Below, in pieces: positions 15,564 to 23,875 of a stretch of 43,108 bases of DNA (the stretch's first letter is position 1; every line of letters starts with the position of its first letter). Made by a program: the position numbers and the translations under genes. Where the stretch lies: IMG/VR virus record IMGVR_UViG_3300032318_001718, positions 1-43,108 of that record, one strand, 5' to 3'. The notes below the pieces were generated by a model. The model made no database searches. It was not told the DNA's origin and saw only the letters and a program-made list of their open reading frames with translations. The stretch comes from a virus. Taxonomy: Duplodnaviria > Caudoviricetes.

Positions 15564-16419
15564 TTTGTTGTTGTAACTTTCTTAATTCCTTGGCTTTCAT
15601 AGCTTCTTCTGCGAGCCTCGTCTGGTGTTGGAGTAGTGCCTGCTCTTCTTCGTATTTTTGTCTGAAAAATGTTTTGGGGGCTTGTGGTCTAGGAACTTCT
15701 AACATCTCTGAGTATTTAGCTAATTTATCAGCTCTAGTTATTAGTTCTGGTGTGAGATTATGATAAAACGCTGTATTCTCTAGAGTCTGTTTAGCATTAG
15801 CAATAGCGGCTTTAAATTCTTCCGGCTGGAATCCTTCTTTAATCCTAGCCCCGAATTGTCTTTCTGATTTTGACTCTCCCCTAAAACTTCTCCCGAGTAT
15901 CTTATTAAAATCCTTTATAAAATCTTTGTATGAATAATTATCCTGAGCTTGCTCAGGTATATATATAATATTCTCTTCAATCTTTTCAATCTTAACACTC
16001 TTATCACTCTTAGGTGTGGCACGGGTCTGTTCAGTGCCTGTTATGTAGTCCGGCACAAGTCCGGCACTCGATGTGTCAAAACGAATCCAGTCATCATAAT
16101 CTTTTATCGTTACAATGCTGAATCTGCCATGGTTGGTAACTGTCACTAGATCGTACACTGCAACGGCACGAGTCAGGCACTTTTTGTACCCGTTCCGTGA
16201 AAGTGCCACATCTTTTCCGGCCGTAGAATATGTAATGAGAACTTGACCACGTGTTAAACGGTATGGTCGACCGTTACAGGATTTGGATTTCTCCATCGGC
16301 TCGTTTTGAGCCCTTAGTAATAAATAGAGCATTACTCTATGCATAGAATATTCTGGAGATTCTTTTCGTAAGAAAATTCTATCCAGCCTTTGTATATCTA
16401 TTGGTTGTTTCCAGCTCAT
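15523..16419 (-). CDS. phage replication initiator protein
   Basis: N-terminal wHTH (YLLLRAQ, LTRGQVLIT, FSIVTIKDYD) and C-terminal domain resembling Phg_2220_C (FGARIKEGF, LTPELITRADK). Confidence 0.8.
   Translation of the reverse strand: MSWKQPIDIQRLDRIFLRKESPEYSMHRVMLYLLLRAQNEPMEKSKSCNGRPYRLTRGQVLITYSTAGKDVALSRNGYKKCLTRAVAVYDLVTVTNHGRFSIVTIKDYDDWIRFDTSSAGLVPDYITGTEQTRATPKSDKSVKIEKIEENIIYIPEQAQDNYSYKDFIKDFNKILGRSFRGESKSERQFGARIKEGFQPEEFKAAIANAKQTLENTAFYHNLTPELITRADKLAKYSEMLEVPRPQAPKTFFRQKYEEEQALLQHQTRLAEEAMKAKELRKLQQQNDNIAGDRIHTSN
16018..16207. repeat. GGCAC-based iteron-like repeats within the initiator gene (candidate origin)
   Basis: AGTCCGGCAC at 16047 and 16058, GGCACGAGTCAGGCAC at 16165-16180, GGCAC at 16018, GTGCC at 16034 and 16203; adjacent AT-rich tract at 15955-16010. 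Confidence 0.55.
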
Positions 16420-16660
16420 ATTACTCTTTTCTAAACTATAGGCAACAGGTATGGAGAGAGCGTCGAAAGGTCACTAAACTCCGTTCTCCCCACATCTATT
16501 GCCATTACGCCCAGAAGATTCATTGCGGGCGTGCGTATCTATAATCTTCTTGAGAAATTCGTCAAAAAACACCTGTTGCAGTAAATTCATCGCTTCTTTT
16601 GGCAGTCGAGATCTAACAGTTAGACTGTAAGATTCTTGGACTTTGTATATTGTCTGCACT

Positions 16661-16966
16661 CAGAGCGAGACTTTCCCGAATATCGCCCTGACTAGAGACT
16701 AATAGAACAGACGCTTTACTAGTATTCGATTCTGCTCACCCAATCTCGTCGTAGCTGATATGAGCCTGCACCGCTCATGCCATCTCAGAAAAGACTGGCT
16801 ATTAATTATTAGGGATCGGCACTGCCCCGACCGACCCCTAGCAACTAATAGTAAGGGTGAAGATAACCGCTAGAAAATCCCCACCCTGCCTTTATGAATG
16901 TTCGGTATTCAATTCCTTTAGTCCAGTCTGTTCTACGAGACCAGGCTAAGGGAGCTGAATATCGGG
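16661..16966. ncRNA. cluster of hairpins in the long leader of the replication operon
   Basis: Stems at 16661-16690, 16760-16778, 16799-16851, 16854-16887 and 16901-16966, several with strand-specific G-U pairs. Confidence 0.5.
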
Positions 16967-17092
16967 TAGTCTAGCTTGATACGATTGGTTCCTTAATCGC
17001 AACCCTTCTTTTTATCTATCCGTTCTTTTATAAACCGAAGTATATAAAACGCTAGGTTCAGTATATTGAATTTTTGGAAGATCTGCTAGGGT

Positions 17093-17121
17093 ATACTAGC
17101 ACGTCGTCACTCGTTTGTCAA
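17093..17121 (-). promoter_or_regulatory. leftward sigma70 promoter TTGACA-17-TAGTAT with extended -10 TG
   Basis: Consensus -35, 17-bp spacer, TGn before -10. Confidence 0.7.
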
Positions 17122-17125
17122 CATG

Positions 17126-17154
17126 TTGCGTTTGGCTTGATTGTATGATATATT
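17126..17154 (+). promoter_or_regulatory. rightward promoter TTGCGT-17-TATATT with extended -10 TG
   Basis: Back-to-back with the leftward promoter, upstream of ORF 17179. Confidence 0.55.
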
Positions 17155-17178
17155 CTCGCATTACTACAATAAACACAA

Positions 17179-17535
17179 ATGAGAAAAATGCTTAAAATGA
17201 GTCAAGACTCAATACGTCAAACACTGGTATTGATTCAGGAATCTAAAGAACATCCGATGATCGATAAAGTGACCATTCGAGATAATCAGTCCGTAACACT
17301 TACGGAATCAAAAGAAGTAAGTACCCTAGAGTATTTACGACACAAGCTTAATAAGTCAAAATTCACAATCAGAGACAGGATGACGTACCTACTGAACAAC
17401 GATTATATTACTGAAGATTTTGCGCGATGTTATCGAAGACAAAGAACTGTTACTTGGATCTACAAGCCAACGCAAAAAGGTCTTCTCGCATTATCAGAAA
17501 AAGAACTTGCAGGCGTGGTTAATGCTAACGCTTGA
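17179..17535 (+). CDS. winged-helix transcriptional regulator
   Basis: STLEYLRHKLNKSKFTIRDRMTYLLNNDYI...IYKPTQKG wHTH pattern. Confidence 0.7.
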   Translation: MRKMLKMSQDSIRQTLVLIQESKEHPMIDKVTIRDNQSVTLTESKEVSTLEYLRHKLNKSKFTIRDRMTYLLNNDYITEDFARCYRRQRTVTWIYKPTQKGLLALSEKELAGVVNANA

Positions 17536-17560
17536 CATTACGTCAATGGCGTGTTAATAT
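17532..17560 (+). promoter_or_regulatory. sigma70 promoter TTGACA-17-TAATAT overlapped by palindrome TTGAC-N5-GTCAA
   Basis: Heads the long plus-strand early operon. Confidence 0.75.
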
Positions 17561-17596
17561 TATATCTGATCGGGAATAACCGACGAAAGGCAACAA

Positions 17597-17752
17597 ATGA
17601 AAAAGATATATAAATCATACGAACGTGACTATATCACGGATACAATATATAGCGACTACATATATAATCTAAAGGTCGATAAGATAATCGCAATAACAGC
17701 GTCAATACTATTCACGGGGATTTATTCTATTATAGGATTTCTATCTATATGA
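17597..17752 (+). CDS. small protein with C-terminal hydrophobic segment (51 aa, not in ORF track)
   Basis: MKKIYKSYERDY...IIAITASILFTGIYSIIGFLSI*, ATGA overlap with the next gene. Confidence 0.6.
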   Translation: MKKIYKSYERDYITDTIYSDYIYNLKVDKIIAITASILFTGIYSIIGFLSI

Positions 17753-17991
17753 AATTAATAATAGGATATTCCTGCCCAAACTTCGACTTCTCAACTAGAC
17801 AAATCAACGCAAACGTAATTGTCAGTCAGGAACAGGCAGAATGGCAGAAGTCAGAATTAATTAGATATCTCGCTAAATATTCTGGCCTATACGGTGGAAT
17901 ATGGTCAGAATTATTATTAATCGCAAGAGCCGTAGATGTTAAACCTCTAGTCGTTGAAGAGATCGGGGAGGAGGTAATACGATATGTATAG
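17749..17991 (+). CDS. hypothetical protein
   Basis: 80-aa ORF, translationally coupled. Confidence 0.65.
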   Translation: MKLIIGYSCPNFDFSTRQINANVIVSQEQAEWQKSELIRYLAKYSGLYGGIWSELLLIARAVDVKPLVVEEIGEEVIRYV

Positions 17992-18331
17992 AATGGCAAT
18001 ACCAAGACGTGATGTCTATTTGGATGTTATAGAAGTCGAAAATCTAGACCAGTTCAATAATGTAAGAATATATTCCAAAAACCTACTTCAAGAAGTATTA
18101 GACGATACCGCTGATCCAGAACAGAGACGATATCTAGAATCAGTGATAGCATATCTAAATGAGCAAGCAGACACGCTACGCGAAGCAATACCAACTGAGA
18201 ATTGTGGCTCCAGAATAGTGTTAGATGAAGAGATAAGAATTTGCAAATTATGCGAGACTGAGATTAAGGACACGGAGTCTTACTGTAATTTTTGTAAAGA
18301 TAAAATTAATTATGAAACATTTGGAGAATAA
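17984..18331 (+). CDS. hypothetical protein with C-terminal zinc ribbon
   Basis: CKLC...YCNFC. Confidence 0.65.
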   Translation: MYRMAIPRRDVYLDVIEVENLDQFNNVRIYSKNLLQEVLDDTADPEQRRYLESVIAYLNEQADTLREAIPTENCGSRIVLDEEIRICKLCETEIKDTESYCNFCKDKINYETFGE

Positions 18332-18337
18332 ATAAAA

Positions 18338-19252
18338 ATGTCAGAAAACAATCAATTAACAATCAAACAGGCATTCGAGAATGACGACGTAAAACGTAAA
18401 TTCAACGAAATGCTTGGCAAAAAAGCGCCGGGGTTTATGGTATCTGTAATTAATATAGTTTCAAACAATAAATTATTAGCTGAAGCAGATCGTAATTCTA
18501 TATTATTTGCAGCAGCAACTGCGGCTACATTAGATCTTCCTGTTAATGAAAACTTAGGTTTCGCCTATATATTACCATATAAGAATAATAAGACTGGTGA
18601 AGTCAAAGCACAATTCCAAATAGGATATAAGGGATTTATCCAGCTGGCTCAAAAATCAGGGCAGTTCAAGACCATATCTGCTTCGCCTATCTATGAAGGA
18701 CAGCTCATAAGCGAGAATCCTTTGACTGGATATCAATTCGATTTTTCTAAAAAAATCTCAGATAAAATAATTGGCTTTGCAGGTTATTTTGAATTATTAA
18801 ACGGGTTCCAAAAAACCCTCTATATGACTGTAGATGAATTAAAAGGGCACGGCATGAAGTATTCCCAGAATTACAAGAAGTATGGTACTGGATTATGGGC
18901 GGAGAATTTTGAAGCCATGGCCATTAAAACAGTTTTAAAGCTATTACTATCCAAGTACGCTCCATTATCAATTGAAATGCAAAAAGCCGTAATTACAGAT
19001 CAATCAATAGTTAAAGACTGGGACGGCCAAAATGTTGAGTACGATGATAACGATAATACACCAGTTAAGCTGGAAGAGGTGGTCGAGGCAAAAGAGAGGG
19101 ACCGGGTCACCAAACATATTGAAAATGCAAAAACATCAGAAGAACTTGATCAAGCATATGACTATATAGCAGAACTGGCAGAAGATGACGAAATAAGAAT
19201 AGCTTTTGTTACAAAACACAACCAGCTAAAACAACAGAAGGGGGTTAAATAA
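18338..19252 (+). CDS. recT: RecT-family single-strand annealing protein
   Basis: LDLPVNENLGFAYILPY, AQFQIGYKGFIQLAQKSG, FEAMAIKTVLK motifs. Confidence 0.92.
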   Translation: MSENNQLTIKQAFENDDVKRKFNEMLGKKAPGFMVSVINIVSNNKLLAEADRNSILFAAATAATLDLPVNENLGFAYILPYKNNKTGEVKAQFQIGYKGFIQLAQKSGQFKTISASPIYEGQLISENPLTGYQFDFSKKISDKIIGFAGYFELLNGFQKTLYMTVDELKGHGMKYSQNYKKYGTGLWAENFEAMAIKTVLKLLLSKYAPLSIEMQKAVITDQSIVKDWDGQNVEYDDNDNTPVKLEEVVEAKERDRVTKHIENAKTSEELDQAYDYIAELAEDDEIRIAFVTKHNQLKQQKGVK

Positions 19253-19941
19253 TGAACTTTGATAATTACAAATTTAGATGCAGTTCTTTGGGCAAGTTAA
19301 TGACGGATCCTAGGTCTAAGAGCGAAACGTTATCGGAAACAACGAAAGCTTATCTATTAGAGATTTACATCGATGAAGTTTATGGCAGAAGAAAGGATAT
19401 TTCTAATAAGTACACAGAAAAAGGATTGTATTGTGAGGAAGACTCCCTAGGACTGGCTTCATTATATACAGGCAAATTACTACTTAAGAATAAAGATAAG
19501 TTCGAGAATGAATATATATGCGGTACTCCGGATATTATATTGGCGGATAAGATTATTGATATAAAAACGAAGTGGGATATCTGGGGATTCGCTGGAGAGG
19601 ATGGATCTAATAAGGATTATTATTATCAGCTACAAGGATATATGTGGTTATGTGATAAGCAAAATGCAGAATTAGTATATTGTCTAACGAATGCTCCTGA
19701 ACATCTTATTGTTAGTGAGAAAAAGAAACAAATGTACATAAGAGGCTTAGTTGATATGTATGAGACTCCTGAATTTGCTGAGATGGAAAAGGAAATCGAT
19801 ATGAATATGACCTTTGATGACATTGAATCTAAAGATAGGGTTAAGACATTCTCTTTTACGGCTGACATGGAAGTAATAGAGAAGTTACAAAAAAGAATCT
19901 TGGAAGCAAGAGAATATTTAAACAGTATTGAAAAATTATAA
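19252..19941 (+). CDS. YqaJ/lambda-exonuclease-like recombination nuclease
   Basis: FRCSSLGKLM, GTPD..IIDIK, YYYQLQGYMWL motifs; adjacent to recT. Confidence 0.85.
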   Translation: MNFDNYKFRCSSLGKLMTDPRSKSETLSETTKAYLLEIYIDEVYGRRKDISNKYTEKGLYCEEDSLGLASLYTGKLLLKNKDKFENEYICGTPDIILADKIIDIKTKWDIWGFAGEDGSNKDYYYQLQGYMWLCDKQNAELVYCLTNAPEHLIVSEKKKQMYIRGLVDMYETPEFAEMEKEIDMNMTFDDIESKDRVKTFSFTADMEVIEKLQKRILEAREYLNSIEKL

Positions 19942-19943
19942 AA

Positions 19944-20381
19944 ATGGGATTACACATAAAAACAGAATTTAAAGACGAAAGGTTCGGGAGGTATAGCTAT
20001 ATTCACGTACTCCGTAAATGGGTTTATATAAACATTGAGGGTAATACTGAGGAAGACGTAAAGCAATTTTATTATGCTGCGTTTTTTGGAGGCGATAATA
20101 ATAAGTATATTGGTTCAGAATACTGCCCTGAATTGTTAAATCATAGTGATGCATATGGTGGTTATATTGATTACGAATATTTCGGAATTAAAAAAGTAAA
20201 AACAGATGAAACTGCGAGATTAGGAGATATCAAAAAACTTGCCGATGAAATGAAATATCTTGCTAAGCAAGTTCACAGAATGCCAGAGGACGTTAAAGAA
20301 TGTTTTAAAGAATTATGTACATTTATTTTTCGGATTGATGGTAAATACGATGAGTATTCACGGTTTGTAATATTTGAATAA
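19944..20381 (+). CDS. hypothetical protein
   Basis: 145-aa ORF in the operon. Confidence 0.65.
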   Translation: MGLHIKTEFKDERFGRYSYIHVLRKWVYINIEGNTEEDVKQFYYAAFFGGDNNKYIGSEYCPELLNHSDAYGGYIDYEYFGIKKVKTDETARLGDIKKLADEMKYLAKQVHRMPEDVKECFKELCTFIFRIDGKYDEYSRFVIFE

Positions 20382-20390
20382 TAAACAAAA

Positions 20391-20573
20391 ATGAAAAAAG
20401 AAGATAAAATCAAAATACTCATTCAATGTTTCGCTACATTGGCGATATTCGCATGTACGATAGCGTTTGTTGAAGCCATCAAAGCTGGAAACAATTCTTT
20501 CGCTATTATGGATTTGTTACTGATAATCATTAACATAGGGAACTTAATTATTGTCACTAAGCGAATTAAATAA
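20391..20573 (+). CDS. small two-TM membrane protein
   Basis: Two hydrophobic stretches in 60 aa. Confidence 0.6.
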   Translation: MKKEDKIKILIQCFATLAIFACTIAFVEAIKAGNNSFAIMDLLLIIINIGNLIIVTKRIK

Positions 20574-20589
20574 TTATAAAAATATTAAA

Positions 20590-20946
20590 ATGAAAAAAAT
20601 TAAAGCGATAAAACAACTTAAGAATATAGTAGCCGATAATACATTATACAGTGTCGGTGATACAGTAATTGAAGTGTATAGGGATACTGATTCTCGACCA
20701 CATCAATTAGTTAGTGGGAATAATTTTTGTTGGTTTGGCGATGACGACATCAAGTTCTGGCTAAACAATAGCATTATAGAGGTTGAGTATGAAGATGATG
20801 AGATTGAGATACTAAAGAGGGTGCGAGCCACCTTAGAAATCATAGAGGTGTGGCCATTATTCAATGATGATGCTGTTAGGGTTCGAAAAGCAATCCTTGA
20901 CCTTAACCGCCTAATTGAATCAAAAGAAAAGGAGGGTTCAAAATGA
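20590..20946 (+). CDS. hypothetical protein
   Basis: Start moved to the in-frame ATG at 20590 (MKKIKAIK) with A-rich context. Confidence 0.6.
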   Translation: MKKIKAIKQLKNIVADNTLYSVGDTVIEVYRDTDSRPHQLVSGNNFCWFGDDDIKFWLNNSIIEVEYEDDEIEILKRVRATLEIIEVWPLFNDDAVRVRKAILDLNRLIESKEKEGSK

Positions 20947-21209
20947 CATCAAGAATTTATCTTAGTAATACATTTAAACTTGTTCGTGAGTCTTTAGGAT
21001 TAACTATGGGAGAATTAGGAATAAAATTAGATGTGACTAAGGCAACAATATGTTTGTGGGAATCTGGCAAAAGATTACCTAAAACAGAAATATTACTATG
21101 GTACTTGGAACAATCTAAGGATGTGGGGTGTCAAAAAGTTGATTGTCTCCATTGTGGTGGTACTGGCAAAATTAATCTATTTGGATTCAGAAATGGAGTG
21201 ACAGAATGA
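20943..21209 (+). CDS. XRE-family HTH protein with C-terminal CxxCxGxG motif
   Basis: RESLGLTMGELGIKLDVTKATICLWESGKRLP; CLHCGGTG. Confidence 0.85.
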   Translation: MTSRIYLSNTFKLVRESLGLTMGELGIKLDVTKATICLWESGKRLPKTEILLWYLEQSKDVGCQKVDCLHCGGTGKINLFGFRNGVTE

Positions 21210-21331
21210 CATTCTGGGAAGCTACTCAATGGCTATGTACAGCGGGATTCGTGATGTGCTTTATACTAGGGGCGGTTGTATTGGTAGCGGGATATTTAGC
21301 GGAGAGAGAAATAGAAAATAATAAACTATGA
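21206..21331 (+). CDS. small membrane protein (41 aa, not in ORF track)
   Basis: MTFWEATQWLCTAGFVMCFILGAVVLVAGYLAEREIENNKL*, ATGA overlaps at both ends. Confidence 0.7.
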   Translation: MTFWEATQWLCTAGFVMCFILGAVVLVAGYLAEREIENNKL

Positions 21332-22026
21332 ACACACTTAAATTAACAGAAAAAGATTTTAAAGAAACTGATTTTTATTACAAAGAATATATCGGCAATG
21401 TCGATGTATCAGATTACGATGGTAGTATTGAGATTGATGGCGATCTTGGTTATGTTAGATTTAACAGTCTAAAAACAAAAGGCTATATAGTAGCCAAGGC
21501 AGGCAGTGGTATCGAGGCAGGCTGGGGTATCGAGGCAGGCTGGGGTATCGAGGCGGGCTATGGTATCGAGGCAGGCTGGGGTATCGAGGCGGGCTATGGT
21601 ATCAAGGCAGGCAGTGGCATCGGGGCAGGCTATGGTATCAAGGCAGGCAGTGGCATCGGGGCAGGCTGGGGTATCAAGGCAGGCTTGGGTATCGAGGCAG
21701 GCTTGGATATCGAGGCAGGCTTGGATATCGAGGCAGGCCATGGTATCAAGGCAGGCAGTGGCATCGAGGCAGGCTTAAGCATAACGTGCAAGTTAAACCT
21801 AAAGTTTAGCTATAAAATCTTTGCTGGAATATGCACTTGGAGGAACATAACGGACGCGGAAAAGACAATTACTTGTGGAAAGAAAGAGGGCAATGGTGTA
21901 GTAGAATATGGAATTTTGAAAGAAATCGGATTACCCGAAGATGACAAAAAGAAAGAATTGTTGGCTAAAGCAGATGAACTAATTCAGAAAGCTACCGAAT
22001 TAAAAGAGGAGGCAAACAAACTATGA
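21328..22026 (+). CDS. hexapeptide (GxGI[E/K]A) repeat protein, probable beta-helix
   Basis: About 15 six-residue repeats between unique N- and C-terminal regions. Confidence 0.85.
   Translation: MNTLKLTEKDFKETDFYYKEYIGNVDVSDYDGSIEIDGDLGYVRFNSLKTKGYIVAKAGSGIEAGWGIEAGWGIEAGYGIEAGWGIEAGYGIKAGSGIGAGYGIKAGSGIGAGWGIKAGLGIEAGLDIEAGLDIEAGHGIKAGSGIEAGLSITCKLNLKFSYKIFAGICTWRNITDAEKTITCGKKEGNGVVEYGILKEIGLPEDDKKKELLAKADELIQKATELKEEANKL
21496..21774 (+). repeat. 18-bp coding tandem repeat
   Basis: Units like GAGGCAGGCTGGGGTATC. Confidence 0.9.
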
Positions 22027-22103
22027 CCTATCTAACATTTACAATAATATTTTTCGTGCTGTTTTATTTAATCGTCGTGGTGACAGTAAAGGAGGAGAAT
22101 TAA
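22023..22103 (+). CDS. 26-aa membrane micropeptide, copy 1
   Basis: MTYLTFTIIFFVLFYLIVVVTVKEEN*, ATGA-coupled, paralog at 23872. Confidence 0.75.
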   Translation: MTYLTFTIIFFVLFYLIVVVTVKEEN

Positions 22104-22106
22104 GAA

Positions 22107-22172
22107 ATGGCAGAAGAATACCATAAAATAGAAACCCTTTTCGAGAGAGAAATTGAGAATAATAAATGCTAA
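22107..22172 (+). pseudogene. 21-codon chimeric gene remnant
   Basis: MAEEYHKIETLFER resembles the N-terminus of phage RNA-ligase-like proteins; tail EREIENNK matches ORF 21206. Confidence 0.45.
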
Positions 22173-22402
22173 CAAAAAGAACTACTATAACTAACGATAA
22201 TGAGTATGTAATGAATAAACTTGAAAAGCTCAGAGAAGTTTATCCAATTAATACATTTAACACATCTACACAGGATGAATTAATCGAATTAATTACGTCA
22301 ATTGTTGAAAACATAGTCTGTTTCATCAATGATGATTATATAGAGATAATAGTCAATAACTTTATAGAGGATAAAGTAAAAAAAGAAGCAAATAAACTAT
22401 GA
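22166..22402 (+). CDS. hypothetical protein
   Basis: 78-aa ORF ending KEANKL, like ORF 21328 (KEEANKL). Confidence 0.6.
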   Translation: MLTKRTTITNDNEYVMNKLEKLREVYPINTFNTSTQDELIELITSIVENIVCFINDDYIEIIVNNFIEDKVKKEANKL

Positions 22403-22737
22403 AAATAATAAGACACGGAGATTTAATTTTTAGAAAATTAGATCTAAAAGACCTAATTAAAAAAGGCAAAAAAGTTAGTCAAATAGTTCTCGCTTTAGGT
22501 GAGCATACTGGACATAAACATCTACTCCAGATGGATAAAAATAAATTCGATATCGAGTGTGAGTTAGTGCTAATTGAACTTAACGCTAGTCGAGCCGTTT
22601 TTAATGTAAAAAAAGGCGGAGCTATATTAACTCACGAGGAACACAAACCAGTAACATTCTCCGAAGGCATTTGGGAAATGACATATGAGCGTGAGAGAGA
22701 TCCTTTTTTAGATTCTATCAGACAAGTATTAGATTAA
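22399..22737 (+). CDS. conserved small partner of DUF6745-like proteins
   Basis: RHGDL, LALGEHTGHKH, LTHEEH, RERDP motifs. Confidence 0.8.
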   Translation: MKIIRHGDLIFRKLDLKDLIKKGKKVSQIVLALGEHTGHKHLLQMDKNKFDIECELVLIELNASRAVFNVKKGGAILTHEEHKPVTFSEGIWEMTYERERDPFLDSIRQVLD

Positions 22738-22744
22738 TATTATA

Positions 22745-23875
22745 ATGGCTATGTTAGAAAAAATAACAAAAAAACAAGAGAAATTAATGGTTCAAGTCAA
22801 GCAAGAATGGCTTGACAGACTGTTTAAGACTCCCCAGTCCGTAGATAGACAAAAGGCACAAAAATCAATTAAATGGCTATATGAATTTTGTGGATTGAAA
22901 GAACCAAGGATATTGTTTGTAGATAGCCCGTTAGCAGCTCAATATGCTGCCAATATTATGTCACAGGTTGGTTTACAGGTTAGGTCACGGGTTAGGTCAC
23001 GGGTTAGGTCACAGGTTGATTCACAGGTTACACAGGTTATGTCACAGGTTGGGTCACAGGTTGATTCACAGGTTAGGCCACAGGTTTGGTCACAGGTTGA
23101 TTCACAGGTTTGGTCACAGGTTAGGTCACAGGTTAGGTCACAGGTTAGGTCACAGGTTAGGTCACAGGTTAGGTCACAGGTTGAAGATTATTATCCATTC
23201 GCGAGTTATGGTAATATTAGTGATTATGGGTGGGCGTCATTTTATGATTTTTTCGCAAAAATCGGAGTGGTAAAAAATGAAGATTTTGAAAATTTTAAGA
23301 AGTATCTATCGGCGGGTATATATGATTGCATACAGCTAGAAGGTCTATGTATTGTTTGTAATAAACCAATTAAAATCTCAAGAGATAATACGAATAGATT
23401 ACACTCAGAGGATGGTTCCGCAATAGAATGGGCTGACGGATATAAACTTTTCTATCTGTGGGGAGTACATTTAGAAGAAGAGATGTACTGGAAGATTGTT
23501 AAGAATGAATATTCCGTCGCAGAAGTACTGGGCATGGAGAATATGGAACATAGAATGGTAGCATTGAAGTTTTATAATCCTAAGAAGATGATTGAAGGAC
23601 TTGGAGACAAAGTTAAATTACTCGACAAGTTTACGAAAACAGTAAGTAATGAAGATATAAAGTCTGTAGATGTGACAGTAGACCTATTAAGTATTAACGA
23701 TATATTCTCTCAAAAAGAATATTTTCTTAAATATAATTGTCCGTCGACTGGCAGAATATATCTATCTTGTATAGATCCTGATTTCGCTAAATCTAATCCT
23801 AGAGCCTCGGCCTGCATGGCATGGAAGCTTGGGATCACAGAAGAAGAATACATAAGTATGGAAACGGAAGCATGA
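22745..23875 (+). CDS. DUF6745-like protein with tetrapeptide (SQVx) repeats
   Basis: VDSPLAA, RLHSEDGSAIEWADG.KLFYLWGV, NMEHRMVAL, CPSTGRIY motifs. Confidence 0.8.
   Translation: MAMLEKITKKQEKLMVQVKQEWLDRLFKTPQSVDRQKAQKSIKWLYEFCGLKEPRILFVDSPLAAQYAANIMSQVGLQVRSRVRSRVRSQVDSQVTQVMSQVGSQVDSQVRPQVWSQVDSQVWSQVRSQVRSQVRSQVRSQVRSQVEDYYPFASYGNISDYGWASFYDFFAKIGVVKNEDFENFKKYLSAGIYDCIQLEGLCIVCNKPIKISRDNTNRLHSEDGSAIEWADGYKLFYLWGVHLEEEMYWKIVKNEYSVAEVLGMENMEHRMVALKFYNPKKMIEGLGDKVKLLDKFTKTVSNEDIKSVDVTVDLLSINDIFSQKEYFLKYNCPSTGRIYLSCIDPDFAKSNPRASACMAWKLGITEEEYISMETEA
22961..23182 (+). repeat. 12-bp coding tandem repeat
   Basis: TCACAGGTTAGG-like units, about 18 copies. Confidence 0.9.

Noticed and set aside
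16474-16659. 61-aa minus-strand ORF upstream of the initiator
   Set aside because: GTG start and no motif; could be a leader peptide but there is no positive evidence
16660-17000. tRNA gene in the structured intergenic region
   Set aside because: No cloverleaf with a canonical T-loop and acceptor stem could be built by eye
21469-21778. Repeat-rich ORFs on other frames (ACLDT and SRQA repeats)
   Set aside because: By-products of a stop-free 18-bp tandem repeat
22961-23182. Possible CRISPR array or DGR template
   Set aside because: No spacers, units are contiguous coding repeats, and no cas or reverse transcriptase gene is present
22944-23273. HRLG-repeat ORF
   Set aside because: Alternative frame of the 12-bp repeat inside the DUF6745-like gene
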